A DNA stretch of 64,000 bases, from the NCBI RefSeq assembly GCF_004010195.1, contig NC_057718.1, positions 10,594,474 to 10,658,473 on the forward strand. The letters are read 5' to 3'. The number at the start of each line of letters is the position of its first letter. Position 1 is the first letter of the stretch. The notes beneath the pieces were generated by a model. The model saw nothing but the letters and a program-made list of their open reading frames with translations. It was not told the DNA's origin and did not search any database. The stretch comes from Chiloscyllium plagiosum (Eukaryota). This document shows positions 1-11,119 of this stretch, piece after piece. The position numbers were made by a program, and so were the translations under genes.

Positions 1-573
1 AGGTTTTTGTTGCAAACGTTTCGTCCCCTGACTAGGCGACATATCAGTGCTTGGGAGCCTCCTTCGAAGCGCTTCTTTGGTGTTTCCTCCGGTGTTTATA
101 GTGGTCTGTCCCTGCCGCTTCGGTTGTCAGTTTCAGCTGTCCGCTTTAGTGGTTGGTATATTGGGTCCAGGTCTATGTGTTTGTTGATGGAGTTTGTGGA
201 TGAATGCCATGCCTCTCGGAATTCATGAATTCGACTGGGACAACACTACTATCATAGGGCAAGCCAGACAGAGGACAGCCAGGGAATTCCTAGAGGCATG
301 GCATTCATCCACAAACTCCATCAACAAACACATCGACCTGGACCCAATATACCAACCACTACAGTGGACAGCTGAAACTGACAACCGGAAGCGGCAGGGA
401 CAGACCACTATAAACACCGGAGGAAACATCAAAGAAGCGCTTCGCAGGAGGCTCCCAAGCACTGATGATGTCGCCTAGCCAGGGGACGAAACGTTTGCAA
501 CAAAAACTTCCAGCTCGGCGAACAGAACCACAGCATTGAGCACCCGAGCTACAAATCTTCGCACAAACTTTGA
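1..573. mobile_element. Penelope-like element 3' end (GIY-YIG C-terminus plus pLTR) with an inverted upstream copy
   Basis: HEFDWDNTTIIGQARQRTAREFLEAWHSS...INKHIDLDPIY; 1-224 is the reverse complement of about 284-508. Confidence 0.85.
459..498 (+). ncRNA. Minimal hammerhead ribozyme motif (PLE family C)
   Basis: gca-CTGATGA-t-GTCgCCT/agcc/AGGgGAC-GAAA-CG-TT-tgc. Confidence 0.7.
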
Positions 574-895
574 GCCTTCAGTCACGTGAGTTATAGGAAT
601 GTGAATACCAACTAAGATACCACACCCCAATAATGGAAAGGAGAAAACCACAGTTCTTGCTGGTTGAGTGACCAAATCCCTCAAAAAGCATTGTTAATTA
701 AATCATCATTGTGGTGCATGAGTGTGAACCGCCTGCACCTGGAACTAACTTTCCAGAGTTTAGCTGAGTTAAAATGAATTATTAATTCCGTGATATAGGA
801 GTGCATTGACTGTAAATATAAATCATTCTTTAAACTGGATAAGTATATTCACATGTGGAATATAATATGAAAAATATTTCTTTATTTCTATTTAG

Positions 896-936
896 GCTTG
901 GAAGAGATGGTGCACACAAATTTTGTCTGCCTTAAG
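896..936 (+). CDS. NRBP1: NRBP1 internal coding exon (AWKRWCTQILSAL-S), 41 nt, phase 0/2
   Basis: tttag|GCTTGG...TTAAG|gtaagt; the peptide matches the NRBP1 pseudokinase domain as I recall it and splices in frame to 6317. Confidence 0.95.
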
Positions 937-1049
937 GTAAGTATCCAGGGAACTGAAATGGATCTGTTCTGGTGTTGCTTTCATTCTTTCTTCAGCCGGT
1001 CTTGCAATTTCTGAAGGCATTGTTACGTGTATGTGTGTGCACGTGTGTG

Positions 1050-1310
1050 TGTGTGTGGAGTTTGCACATTCTCCCCATGTCTGCATGGGGTTCCTCCCAC
1101 AATTCAAATATGTGCAGGTTAGGTGGATTGGCCATGCTAAATTGCCCATAGAGTCCAGGGATGTGGAGGTTTGTTGGATTTGCCATCCAAACTGCAGAGT
1201 TGCAAGGATAGAGTTAGGGGAGGTGGGTCTGGGTGGGATGCTTTTTGGAGGGGTGAGGACTTGATGGACTGAATGTCCTGCTTCTGCACTGTCGAGATTC
1301 TATGATTCTA
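1050..1310 (+). mobile_element. V/HE1-type SINE, 5' truncated, preceded by a (TG)n-like tract
   Basis: tgtgtggagtttgcacattctcccc...ggccatgctaaattgccc core shared with the copies at 32.4, 42.9 and 43.6 kb. Confidence 0.8.
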
Positions 1311-1394
1311 CAATTCCATCTTACCACCCCATGTTTGCTTTTGCGCAAATACTGAAGTGGACCAGCTAATGATTATGCAATTGCAAGAATAGGT

Positions 1395-1975
1395 CAGAGG
1401 ATGGGAATTCTGTGGTGAGTGACTCTCAAGCCTCTCCTCCATTTACAAAGCACAAGTTGAAGTGTGATGGAATGCTATCCACTTGACTGAATGAGAGCAA
1501 CTCCCAACAATAATCAAGAAGCCCAATGCCTTCCAAGACAAAGCTGCCCAGGGCACTTGACCAGCACCCATCCACCTCTTAGACTTTCACTCCCTCCGTA
1601 CACACACATAATGGTAGTCATGTGCACTATATGGAAGTACCTTCCCGACATTGCCTCAGCAGCACCTTCCAAGTCCAGCATCTTCCCAACCTGCACCATC
1701 AACCACTGAAGAAGGTCAAATACAGCAGACACATGGAAATATTGCTACTTGTCAGTTCCCCTTCAAGGTATACAACATCCTTACTTGAAACAATATTGCT
1801 ATTCCTTATCTGTTGCTGAACCTGAACTACCAAACAGCACAGTGGATGTATTTGTACCACACAAACTGTGATGGTTTAAGAAGGTTGTACCGTGGAATAT
1901 CTTCAAGGGGAATTGGGGTTGGACACGAAATGTTCTCCTTATCAGTGACACTCTAATCCGGTAAAATAGCTTTAA
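1395..1975 (+). mobile_element. Old CR1/L2-group LINE 3' fragment
   Basis: degenerate IYKAQV...EY...AWM-like RT C-terminus; the 3' tail resembles 24950-25012 and 37005-37070. Confidence 0.55.
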
Positions 1976-2258
1976 AAATGAAAGATTTGTCTATGTTCAA
2001 ATGCTACTGAAAAAGACATGATTGCATTATTATAATAACCTTTTGAAATGAATTTCAGATTTTTAAACATTATTCATGACAGTCTGAAGTTCTGTATTTT
2101 AAGGTTAACTAGGTTAATTTAGCTAGTTTAACCATCTAAAATTATCAATTGTCATACTAAAATTAGTTAATTTAAAGGTCATCTCTAATGAAGATGCAGA
2201 ACCTTTTTAGCAATTGGAGTTGAAGACTGTGTCTACTCAGACTTGACTAATATAAAGC

Positions 2259-3363
2259 AGAGTCAAGATTAGAGTGGTGCTGGAAAAGCACAGCAGCATC
2301 CAAGGAGGAGGAAAATCAATGTTTCGGGCAAAAGCCCTTCATCAGGAATGAGGCAGGGAGCCACTTGGGTGGAGAGATAATTGGGAGGGAGGTGGGGCTG
2401 CAGGGAAGGTAGTTAAGAGTGCAGTAGGTGGATGGAGGTGGGGATGAAGGTGGTAAGTTGGAGAGGAGGGGGGAGCAGATAGCTGGAAGGAAGATGGGCA
2501 GGTCATGAGGATTGTGCTGAGCTGGCAGGTTGGAACTGGAGTAAGGTGGGTGGGAGAGGAAATGAGGAAACTTGTGAAGTCCACATTGATGCCCTGGGGT
2601 TGAAGTGTTCCGAGGCGGAAGATGAGGCATTCTTCCTCCAGGCATCAGGTAGTGAGAGAGTGGCGGTGGAGGAGGCCCAGGACCTGCATGTCCTTGATAG
2701 TGGGAGAGGGAGTTGAAATATTTGGCCACGGGGCGGCGGGGTTGATTGGTACGGGTGTCCCGGAGATGTTCCCTAAAGCGCTCTGCGAGAAGGCGTCCAG
2801 TTTCCCAATGTAAAGGTGACCACCTTGGGAGCATTGGATACAATAAATGACACTTGAGCAAGTGCAGGTGAAACTTTGGATGTGAAAGGCTCCTTTGGGT
2901 CCTTGGAGGAGTTGAGGGGGAGGTGTGGGTGCAGGTTTTGCAATTCCTGTGGTAGCAGGGGAAGGTGCCATTGTATCCGTTGCTCCCGATGCCATCTCCT
3001 TTACACTGGGGAGACTGGACACCTTCTCACAGCGCCTTAGGGAACATCTCTGGGACGCCCTCACCAATCAACCCCACCACCCCTTGGCTGTACATTTCAA
3101 CACCCCCTACCACAAGTCCTGAGCCACCTTCACTGTCACTCCCTCACCACCCAGTGCCTGGAGGAAGAATGCCTTATCTTCTGCCATGGAATACTTCAAC
3201 CCCAAGGCATCAATGTGGACTTCACCACTTTACTCATTCCTTCCCCGCCCCGCCCCAACCTTACCCCAGTTCCAACCTTCCCCCAGTTCCAACCTTCCAG
3301 CTCAGCACCATCCTTATGACCTGTCCCACCTGCCAATCTTCCTTCCCAGCTATCCGCTCCACC
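2259..3363. mobile_element. Penelope-like GIY-YIG/pLTR fragments in inverted arrangement (minus 2259-2960, plus 2965-3363)
   Basis: FTCTCSSVIYCIQCSQGGHLYIG and RLLAERFREHLRD GIY-YIG motifs; HHR-like motif on the minus strand at about 2314-2350. Confidence 0.8.
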
Positions 3364-3853
3364 NNNNNNNNNNNNNNNNNNNNNNNNNNNNNNNNNNNNN
3401 NNNNNNNNNNNNNNNNNNNNNNNNNNNNNNNNNNNNNNNNNNNNNNNNNNNNNNNNNNNNNNNNNNNNNNNNNNNNNNNNNNNNNNNNNNNNNNNNNNNN
3501 NNNNNNNNNNNNNNNNNNNNNNNNNNNNNNNNNNNNNNNNNNNNNNNNNNNNNNNNNNNNNNNNNNNNNNNNNNNNNNNNNNNNNNNNNNNNNNNNNNNN
3601 NNNNNNNNNNNNNNNNNNNNNNNNNNNNNNNNNNNNNNNNNNNNNNNNNNNNNNNNNNNNNNNNNNNNNNNNNNNNNNNNNNNNNNNNNNNNNNNNNNNN
3701 NNNNNNNNNNNNNNNNNNNNNNNNNNNNNNNNNNNNNNNNNNNNNNNNNNNNNNNNNNNNNNNNNNNNNNNNNNNNNNNNNNNNNNNNNNNNNNNNNNNN
3801 NNNNNNNNNNNNNNNNNNNNNNNNNNNNNNNNNNNNNNNNNNNNNNNNNNNNN
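3364..3853. other. Assembly gap (N run)
   Basis: run of N. Confidence 1.
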
Positions 3854-4069
3854 ACCCCTCTCCGGCCTATCACCCTCACCTTAACCTCCTTCCACCTATA
3901 GCATTCCCAACGCCCCCACCCCAAGTCCCTCCTCCCTACCTTTTATCTTAGCCCGCTTGGCACACCCTCCTCATTCGTGAAGAAAGGCTTATGCCCGAAA
4001 CGTCGATTCTCCTGCTCCTTTGATGCTGCCTGACCTGCTGTGCTTTTCCAGCAACACATTTTTCAGTTC
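3854..4069 (+). mobile_element. PLE family A pLTR fragment with a mutated HHR
   Basis: ttcgTGAAGAaaggcttatgcccGAAACGTCga; closely similar to 4523-4738. Confidence 0.8.
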
Positions 4070-4452
4070 AGATTTTTTATGCATTTTAAAATGTTTTATT
4101 ATCTTTGCATTACTATTCAAATTTATTTAGAAGGTCACATCCAGGATTAAATTAGTTAATGAAAATTTATTTTCATTACCTATAAAGTAGGAGTTTACTG
4201 GAATGATACCTGAACTTCAGGTATTAACTTATGAAAAGAGATTATATAAATTAGGCCTGTTTTCTCTTGGATTTAGAAGGGTAAGAGGTGATCTTGTGGA
4301 ATTTCTCAAAATACTAAGGCACATAGATAAAGACAAACTATTTCCATAGTTAGAATTAGGGGACACTGTCTGAGAATTAGGGTCAGACCATTCAGAAGAG
4401 ATGCTAGGAAACACTTCTGCAAACAGAAGTTTCAAAATCTATTTCACAAATG

Positions 4453-4770
4453 GGAGTCCCAACCCTCGGACTCAGCACTGCATTCTTGACCCGACTTCTT
4501 CTTCCCGACCTCTCTGCCCCCAACCCCTCTCCGGCCTATTACCCTCATCTTGACCTCCTTCCACCTATCGCATTCCCAACGCTCCACTCCCAAGTCCCTC
4601 CTCCCTACCTTTTATCTTAGCCTGCTTGGTACAACCTCCTTATTTCTGAAGAAGGGCTTATGCCCAAAACGTCGATTCTCCTACTCCTTGGATGCTGCCT
4701 GACCTGCTGCGCTTTTTCAGCAACACATTTTTCAGCTCTGATCTCCAGCATCTGCAGTCCTCACTTTCTC
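4453..4770 (+). mobile_element. PLE family A pLTR plus tail
   Basis: CTGAAGAagggcttatgcccaAAACGTC...gatctccagcatctgcagtcctcactttctc. Confidence 0.8.
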
Positions 4771-6316
4771 ATAACTGAATTAGTGGAAAACAATTAACTG
4801 TTTAAATGATATTGCGAAACTGGACAGCTTAATGCTCCCTAAAAACTAGTCCCATATGGAACTCATCCATGAAGAGTAAAAAGAAATTTAGCGAATTGAA
4901 AACCTAAGCTTCGTAGATCCAGAGGTTGCAGAGGACCAGATGGTGGCTAATGTGTTTCTTGTCCTTTTGAAAATGCTAATAGAAACGAAGAGTCTTTTCT
5001 GTGACATGCAATCTGGTTATGTGGGGGTAATTAGTTCCTTTTATAAAGAAATCTGTCCCAAAATATTGATTGTCATTTTACTTTAGTATAGAGAACACAT
5101 GCAATAGTTATATTAACGATTAAATAGTTAAATTAAACTAGTGGAAATGCACAAGTTCTGAAGGAATATTAATCAAATACTTCATTGGTGTTCTTGACAT
5201 GTTTTGCCCATCTAAATAAAGCTTCAAAAAATTTATCCATTTTTTTTTCCATTTATATATGCTATGTATTCATAGATCAAAACAAGAATGGAAGCAATGC
5301 CTAATCTCTACTTAATTTATTCAAATAATTTATCTTTCTGTCGAACAGTGAGCCATTTGCTGTCAGCATTCTGCTTCATTATATATTTCCCCCTTTCATG
5401 ATTTCCCTTCTGTCCAAGTAGAATGAGCTTAAGATTCCAGAAGGTATCTTTTTAATGACCTTGGATGATATTTTCAAGCTGTCTGTCATTTTTTTTGATA
5501 TCTGCTTTGACTTTGTGATTTGTGCTACAGTACAATGTAATCAGCCCAATAGATAATTCTTTGAAATGCTTCCAGAAACAATTTCAGAGCATTAATTTAA
5601 TCTAAACAATGTGCAATTTTGAATCATGTAACATTTTTGATTGTCCAGCACACTTAAGTTGGAAAGATCATCCATCTGTTAGGACAAAAATTGTTTGCCT
5701 TCTCCAAAAGTAATTGGGGTCTGCAAAATCCATTTCTAATTGTTCACTTTGAATATTTTGTTTGATTTAGTTTCTTTCCAATGTACCTATTCAGAATTAG
5801 GTTTTTTTTTGTATCTGATAGGTGCAATGTAATTTGGGGTTCTTTGGTAACACCATTGTACTGAATATTAGCACAATATAGAAATGCAAGTTGTTTTGTT
5901 CAGTTCCTGATGCGTATGGAGTGAATTGCTGTCTGGAGACCGCTTGTGGTACCTCCAAGAAGGTGTGAAAATTAACCAGTTGTAGTTGGGTAGTCCTCAA
6001 CTTTTCCTTAAGAAGCAATTGTGAGTATTGGTTGGAGCCTGGAAGTGGCCAGCTGCTTGGTTGGTGAACTTGTTAAACCACCTGATGGCAGAGCAGCATC
6101 AAATTTGTGAAAATTGAAATATTTTGAAACATATTTAAATGGTTTAGAAATTATGAATACTGTACATCTTTCCCCCATTGAACTAAATGTATATTTTTTG
6201 TCTTTAATTGTACAAATGTTATTCTGTTGAGTAAAACTTTAATTTAGTAAAATGCTATACATGTCTAAAGAAACTGCCAGTTTGCTCAGTTTACTGAATA
6301 CTGTTTTATTTATCAG

Positions 6317-6411
6317 CTACCTCCACTCTTGTGATCCTCCAATAATCCATGGAAACCTGACTTGTGACACCATATTCATCCAGCATAATGGTCTCATAAA
6401 AATTGGATCTG
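6317..6411 (+). CDS. NRBP1: NRBP1 exon (YLHSCDPPIIHGNLTCDTIFIQHNGLIKIGS), 95 nt
   Basis: tatcag|CTAC...TCTG|gtaagt; degenerate catalytic loop (HGN instead of HRD) and no DFG, typical of the NRBP pseudokinase. Confidence 0.97.
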
Positions 6412-8109
6412 GTAAGTATAAGAAAACCATTTATTGATATGTGTTGAACATGTATAGCAAAATAAAAGTTTATTTAAAAACCTGAAATTGATTTGGCCCA
6501 TCAGGCTATTTTTTAAACTCAAATTTACAGGTCACTATATTGAAGTTAACGGATTAACAACATTATAATGAAAAATTATCAAAGCAATTTTTCACAAGTG
6601 CACTTAACAGTTGTCGCAATTGTGCAACAACAGCATGAGTGTGTCATAGACACACTAACAGCACTTAGCCCCTTCATATTTTGAGCATACGTTGATGGAT
6701 GGATGGACAGTTCAATGGCTGCTTTTGCTGTTTCTACCTTCAGTGTTGTATACTTGAAATTTACACAGGTGCATTCAATATTTGAGAAGATCGTCAGAGG
6801 CCGTTTTGTGTGAGCCAAATCAATGTCAGCAGACAATTTTATGAAGAGAGGACATTATGAAGTGTTCACTCCTGCTTCAACTTGGTCATGACACTTTGTG
6901 CTGTTGTCTTTACTCAATTAACCTAGCACAAACCTGGAGTTGAACTGAACATCTTTGTTGTCCATGTGGGGCTGTATGTATTACAGCTGCTCAGAGAAGA
7001 TGCTAATTTGGATCTACTTGCAAGTCTGCATTTTAAGGATCTGCATTTCTTTCTTGAGCTTTATTTTGGTTACTTAAAACTTGATGTGAGAGGTTTTCTT
7101 TTTCCCCTCCTGCCTGTACTGAATGTCTATTCAAATATCTGTTTCTTAACTTCTCCACAGCAGTTGTTTTAAATGGAGATCGCAAGTCGTCTGAAATGCA
7201 TTTTTTTTGCATAATTTAAGTCACTTTGCATATTGGTGGTAAGCCATGTGCTTAGAGCAGAAGAGAAGGAAAAAATGAATTAGCTATGATGGAGAGTGGG
7301 CATTTGCAGCAAAAGTCATGATATGACTAATTTTAGGTTAATGTCAAAGTGACCTTTTGTGAGGATAATTACTGATTCTTTGCTATATTTTATATGTACA
7401 GTTCAATCAGGACATCATTATAATGGGAGTGAGTGAAAATGGTGCATTGCATTTTATGCATGGCTCAATTATGCATTTGTGCATGTTCCTTCAGATTGCC
7501 CAAGACCTTGAGGGAAAATCATAATATTGTCCATTTTAAACATCAAAGTTAGTAATGCAAACAGTTCACTTTTCATGGCCCAGCTTATGTTTTAAACATT
7601 GCTCAAAGTTTTCTACATGGTAACTGCAGTGTGTACTTTTCAACTGTCTGGCTTGTTGACTGAAGTGCATTGCCATGTGCCTCTTTACCTAATACATGGT
7701 TTTGCAAACTTTGTTTTTCATTGGGAATTTCACTTTCTTGTGCAGAATTATAGCCTAAATCTTAACCATTTAAATATTTAAGAAAGGTCAGATGGCACCT
7801 TGTTGCATAGGCATCTCTTGTTTTTCCTCCAATAAATTTCATTTGTTCAGGTTCAAAAATAAAATCAAATGCTTAAACAAGTGTGTGCCATTTTTTGAAC
7901 AGAAAACAACGGATTGACCATCTCTAGGATCTGATACTGTTACAGTCAGCATGTATTAGATAGGTGTAGCTTTTGCATAGCCCCCTGCATTAGCAAGTAC
8001 TTTTGCTCTTAAGATCATATATTGTGAGCCTTCAAGTCTTGACTCCTGAACACGGCTGATATGCAAGTTGCTGTAGTTCATGTGTCCAGAGGCTTGGGCG
8101 TGACACAGG

Positions 8110-9290
8110 AACTAGGAATAGGAATAGACTGTTCAACCGTCAGGTCCACTCTGCCATTCACAGAGTTCATTGCTGTTCTTCTGTTTCTATGTCATTTTAT
8201 CATAACATCCTTTCATCTCATGATTTTTATAAGAGGAAATTTATCAAGCTGTCCCTTGAAGATATGCTGATTTGAATTTCCACAAACCTCTTGGTGACAG
8301 GGGTTTGAAGGTCACCCCTTTCTGAGAGGAAAGTCCACTTCACCTCAGTACGAATTGGTCCACTCTTTCATTTGACACCATGTCCTCTGATACTAGGCAT
8401 TCCAATCATGGGAAACATCCTTCTTGTATCTGCCCTTTTGAGGCCTGGAAGAACTTGGTATGCTTTTGTGAGGTCATGCCTAATTTTTATATACTCTCAA
8501 ATGTAGACCTCGTCTCCTACGCCTCTCCTCAAGGATAATCCTGTCATCTCTGGCGTAAGTCTGATGAACCATTGTAACACTGTGTGGCAGGAATATTCTT
8601 TCTTGAGTAAAGAGGAAAACTATACACCATACTTCAAGTGCAGTCTCTCGAAAGCTTTTTACGTTTGCAGCAAAACTTCTTTGTTTTTACGCTCAAATCC
8701 AGTCACGGTAATGGCCAGCATAAAATCTGCCTCCCTAATTGCTTGCTGCACATAAACTTTATCAGTTCCCAATCTTTCACCACTTAATAAATTGCCAACT
8801 CAGCCAGTTTAAATTCCCCTGAAGCTGCTTTGCATCCTCCTCCAACTTTCCTTCCAATCTCGTCTTGTGGCATCAGCAAACTCAGATCTTTATATTTGGT
8901 ACTTGCATCAAATCATTGATATAGAGTATGAACAGATGGGACCAAAACATTGATCCTTAAGGTATCCCCTACTTGAAGCCTGTTTTTTGTCCATTAGCCA
9001 ATTTTTAATTTACCTAAATATTTTACCCTATCTTGTGTGCTCACATTTGCTTTTAATCTCTTGTGTGGCATGTTATTGAAATCCTTCAGAAAATAGAAAC
9101 AAATTGTATCCATTCATTTCCCTTGTGTGTTCTGCTCGTTACACTCAAAAAGAAATCTCAGCAGGTTTTGTCGGACATGGTTTCTCTTTTTATAAATCCA
9201 TGTTGGTTTTGTTAATCAGATCTTTATTTTCTAAATATCTAGTTATTATATGGTTTAATATACACATCCCCAGTATTTTGCCTGTGGGAT
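8110..9290 (-). mobile_element. Degraded CR1 LINE 3' portion
   Basis: aggaataggaatag tail and RT-like remnants on the minus strand. Confidence 0.6.
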
Positions 9291-10655
9291 TTGACTCTGC
9301 TTGCACCTGGCAGTTCAACCCAAGGAGAATAATTTCTTACACCGCTTTCACCCTAAAGCAAGTCTGCTTGATCAAATTCAAAAACACTGTCGTGGCTTTG
9401 AGGGGGCATGGTTGGTGTTGGAAAGAAACTGAAATTTGTGTCAGCTGTTCCTTTTGAATCCCATCATTGTGCTTTAAAGAAGATAAAACTAATACAAACT
9501 ATGACTAAACATCTTTTTCTAAGTTATAACCTTGAATGTTTGGAAGTATTATTTAAATATAGCTTTTGTTGTATCTTTGCACCATCTTCATGCTCCAAAT
9601 ATAGGCATGGTCATTATTGTGCATTATTCTTTGAATTACTAGATCACTTGCCTTTCAAAGGAGCAGTAGAATCATAACTGTTTATTTGACTTTTTTTTTT
9701 ATTTTTGCGTGGTGCATGCATATACACATTGACATAAGAACGTGTTTTAAAGAATCTTCATTTGTTTAATGCATGTCGTCGTCAGACTTCAGTCTAATCA
9801 GTATGTTTGCCTCAGTATGTGAGGTGGTTTTCTCTCATCTTTTTCATTTGTGCATCATTACCGAGATTGTAACATTTATAACTATATCACTTAAATTGAG
9901 ACATGATGGTTTGATAAGTAGAAGATTCAATAAGTCATAGGAAATAAGGGCAGTGAAGGAGTAAGGAATTCTACAGTAGTGATAGCAAATACAGTGTCAA
10001 TGTGGATAGCAGTTATGAAGCTGTTTTTAAGTAAAAATGAACAGACTCAGTTTTGTATAGCAAAAGAGGCTGGAGGTGAGAATTTCATGTTCAGACAAGT
10101 TCATTGTTCAAGGATGCGTAACCTTGCTCTGCTTTTTTTTTCTTGACAAGTCTTCATAGCAAATGCTACTGCCAGAATTTACATCCTCATTTCTGTATTA
10201 TATTTAATTTGTGCCTACCAGCTTCAGATTGCTATCATAAGGAGACTTAATCTTGGTATCTCCCCGTCAAGACACGTTAAATCTTTTGTTTCAATAATCT
10301 AACCTCCTATTCTTCTATACTCCAATGATTGAGCACACTGAGCTTACAATCTTTCCTCCTAAGTCAACCCCTTCCACCCAGGAATCAAATTACTGAGCCT
10401 TCTGAACTTCCTCAAAAGCAAGTAGATTCTTCTTTTAGATTAGAAAGTCAGTCTTATATTGCACTATTGATGACAGTTTCACCAATGGCTTGGACATTTG
10501 CAGCAAGATTTCCTTACTTTTATACTCCATGCCTTTTGCAATAAAACCTGACCTTTTATTTGCCTTCCTAATTGCAACTAGTACCTCCATGTTGAAGTTG
10601 AAACTTTATTGCTGGAACAGCACAGCAGGTCAGGCAGCATCCAGGGAACTGGAGA

Positions 10656-10689
10656 TTCGACGTTTCGGGCACAGGCCCTTCTTCAGGAA
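10656..10689 (-). ncRNA. Minimal hammerhead motif, antisense arm
   Basis: minus strand reads TTC-CTGAAGA-A-GGGC/CTGT/GCCC-GAAA-CG-TC-GAA. Confidence 0.8.
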
Positions 10690-10700
10690 GGGCCTGAAGA

Positions 10701-10740
10701 AGATTCCTGAAGAAGGGCCTATGCCCGAAACGTCGAATCT
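10701..10740 (+). ncRNA. Intact minimal type I hammerhead motif
   Basis: AGATTC-CTGAAGA-A-GGGC/CTAT/GCCC-GAAA-CG-TC-GAATCT; 6-bp stem I; predicted cleavage after C10734. Confidence 0.85.
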
Positions 10741-10992
10741 CCTGTTCCCTGGATGCTGCCTGACCTGCTGTGCTGTTCCAGCAATAAAGTTTCAACTTTG
10801 ATCTCCAGCATCTGCAGACCTCACTTTCTCCTCCATGTTGAACTTCATGATTCATCTACAAAATCTGACATTGTTGTGCAACATTTTACAGTCTGTCTTC
10901 ATTTTAAATAGTATGTTGTTCTTTCATTATTTCTACCATAGTGATCAAGATCGCATTTTCCCATGTTGTTCTCATCTGCCAAATTTTTACAA

Positions 10993-11119
10993 CTTCACCT
11001 GATGAAGGAGCAGCGTTCCGAAAGCTTGTGATTTCAAGTAAACCTGTTGGACTATAACCTGGTGTCATGTGACTTCTAACTTTGTCCACCCTGGTCCAAC
11101 ACCAGCACCTCTGCATCAT
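10993..11119 (+). mobile_element. PLE family B pLTR end with an intact HHR at 10995-11031
   Basis: TCAC-CTGATGA-A-GGAGC/AGC/GTTCC-GAAA-GC-TT-GTGA; related copies at 17241 and 41477. Confidence 0.8.

Larger units (their letters stand above)
10597..10829. mobile_element. Fold-back non-coding PLE family A mini-element with two HHR motifs and a 13-bp TSD
   Basis: TSD cctccatgttgaa at 10584-10596 and 10830-10842; arms of about 93 bp are near-perfectly complementary. Confidence 0.9.

Noticed and set aside
2965..3951. Long ORFs (328, 232 and 242 aa) in the ORF track
   Set aside because: They are artefacts of reading through the N gap; the flanks are decayed Penelope sequence.
9500..9800. Possible small exon after gactaaac...ttttctaag with nearby TGCATG motifs
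   Set aside because: There is no convincing donor or frame-preserving length.
10597..10829. Interpreting the hairpins as pre-miRNAs, CRISPR repeats or DNA-transposon MITEs
   Set aside because: TSD lengths vary (10-16 bp), the arms are asymmetric with a tail, and the same sequence is attached to GIY-YIG coding fragments at 2.3-2.9 kb. There is no spacer array.
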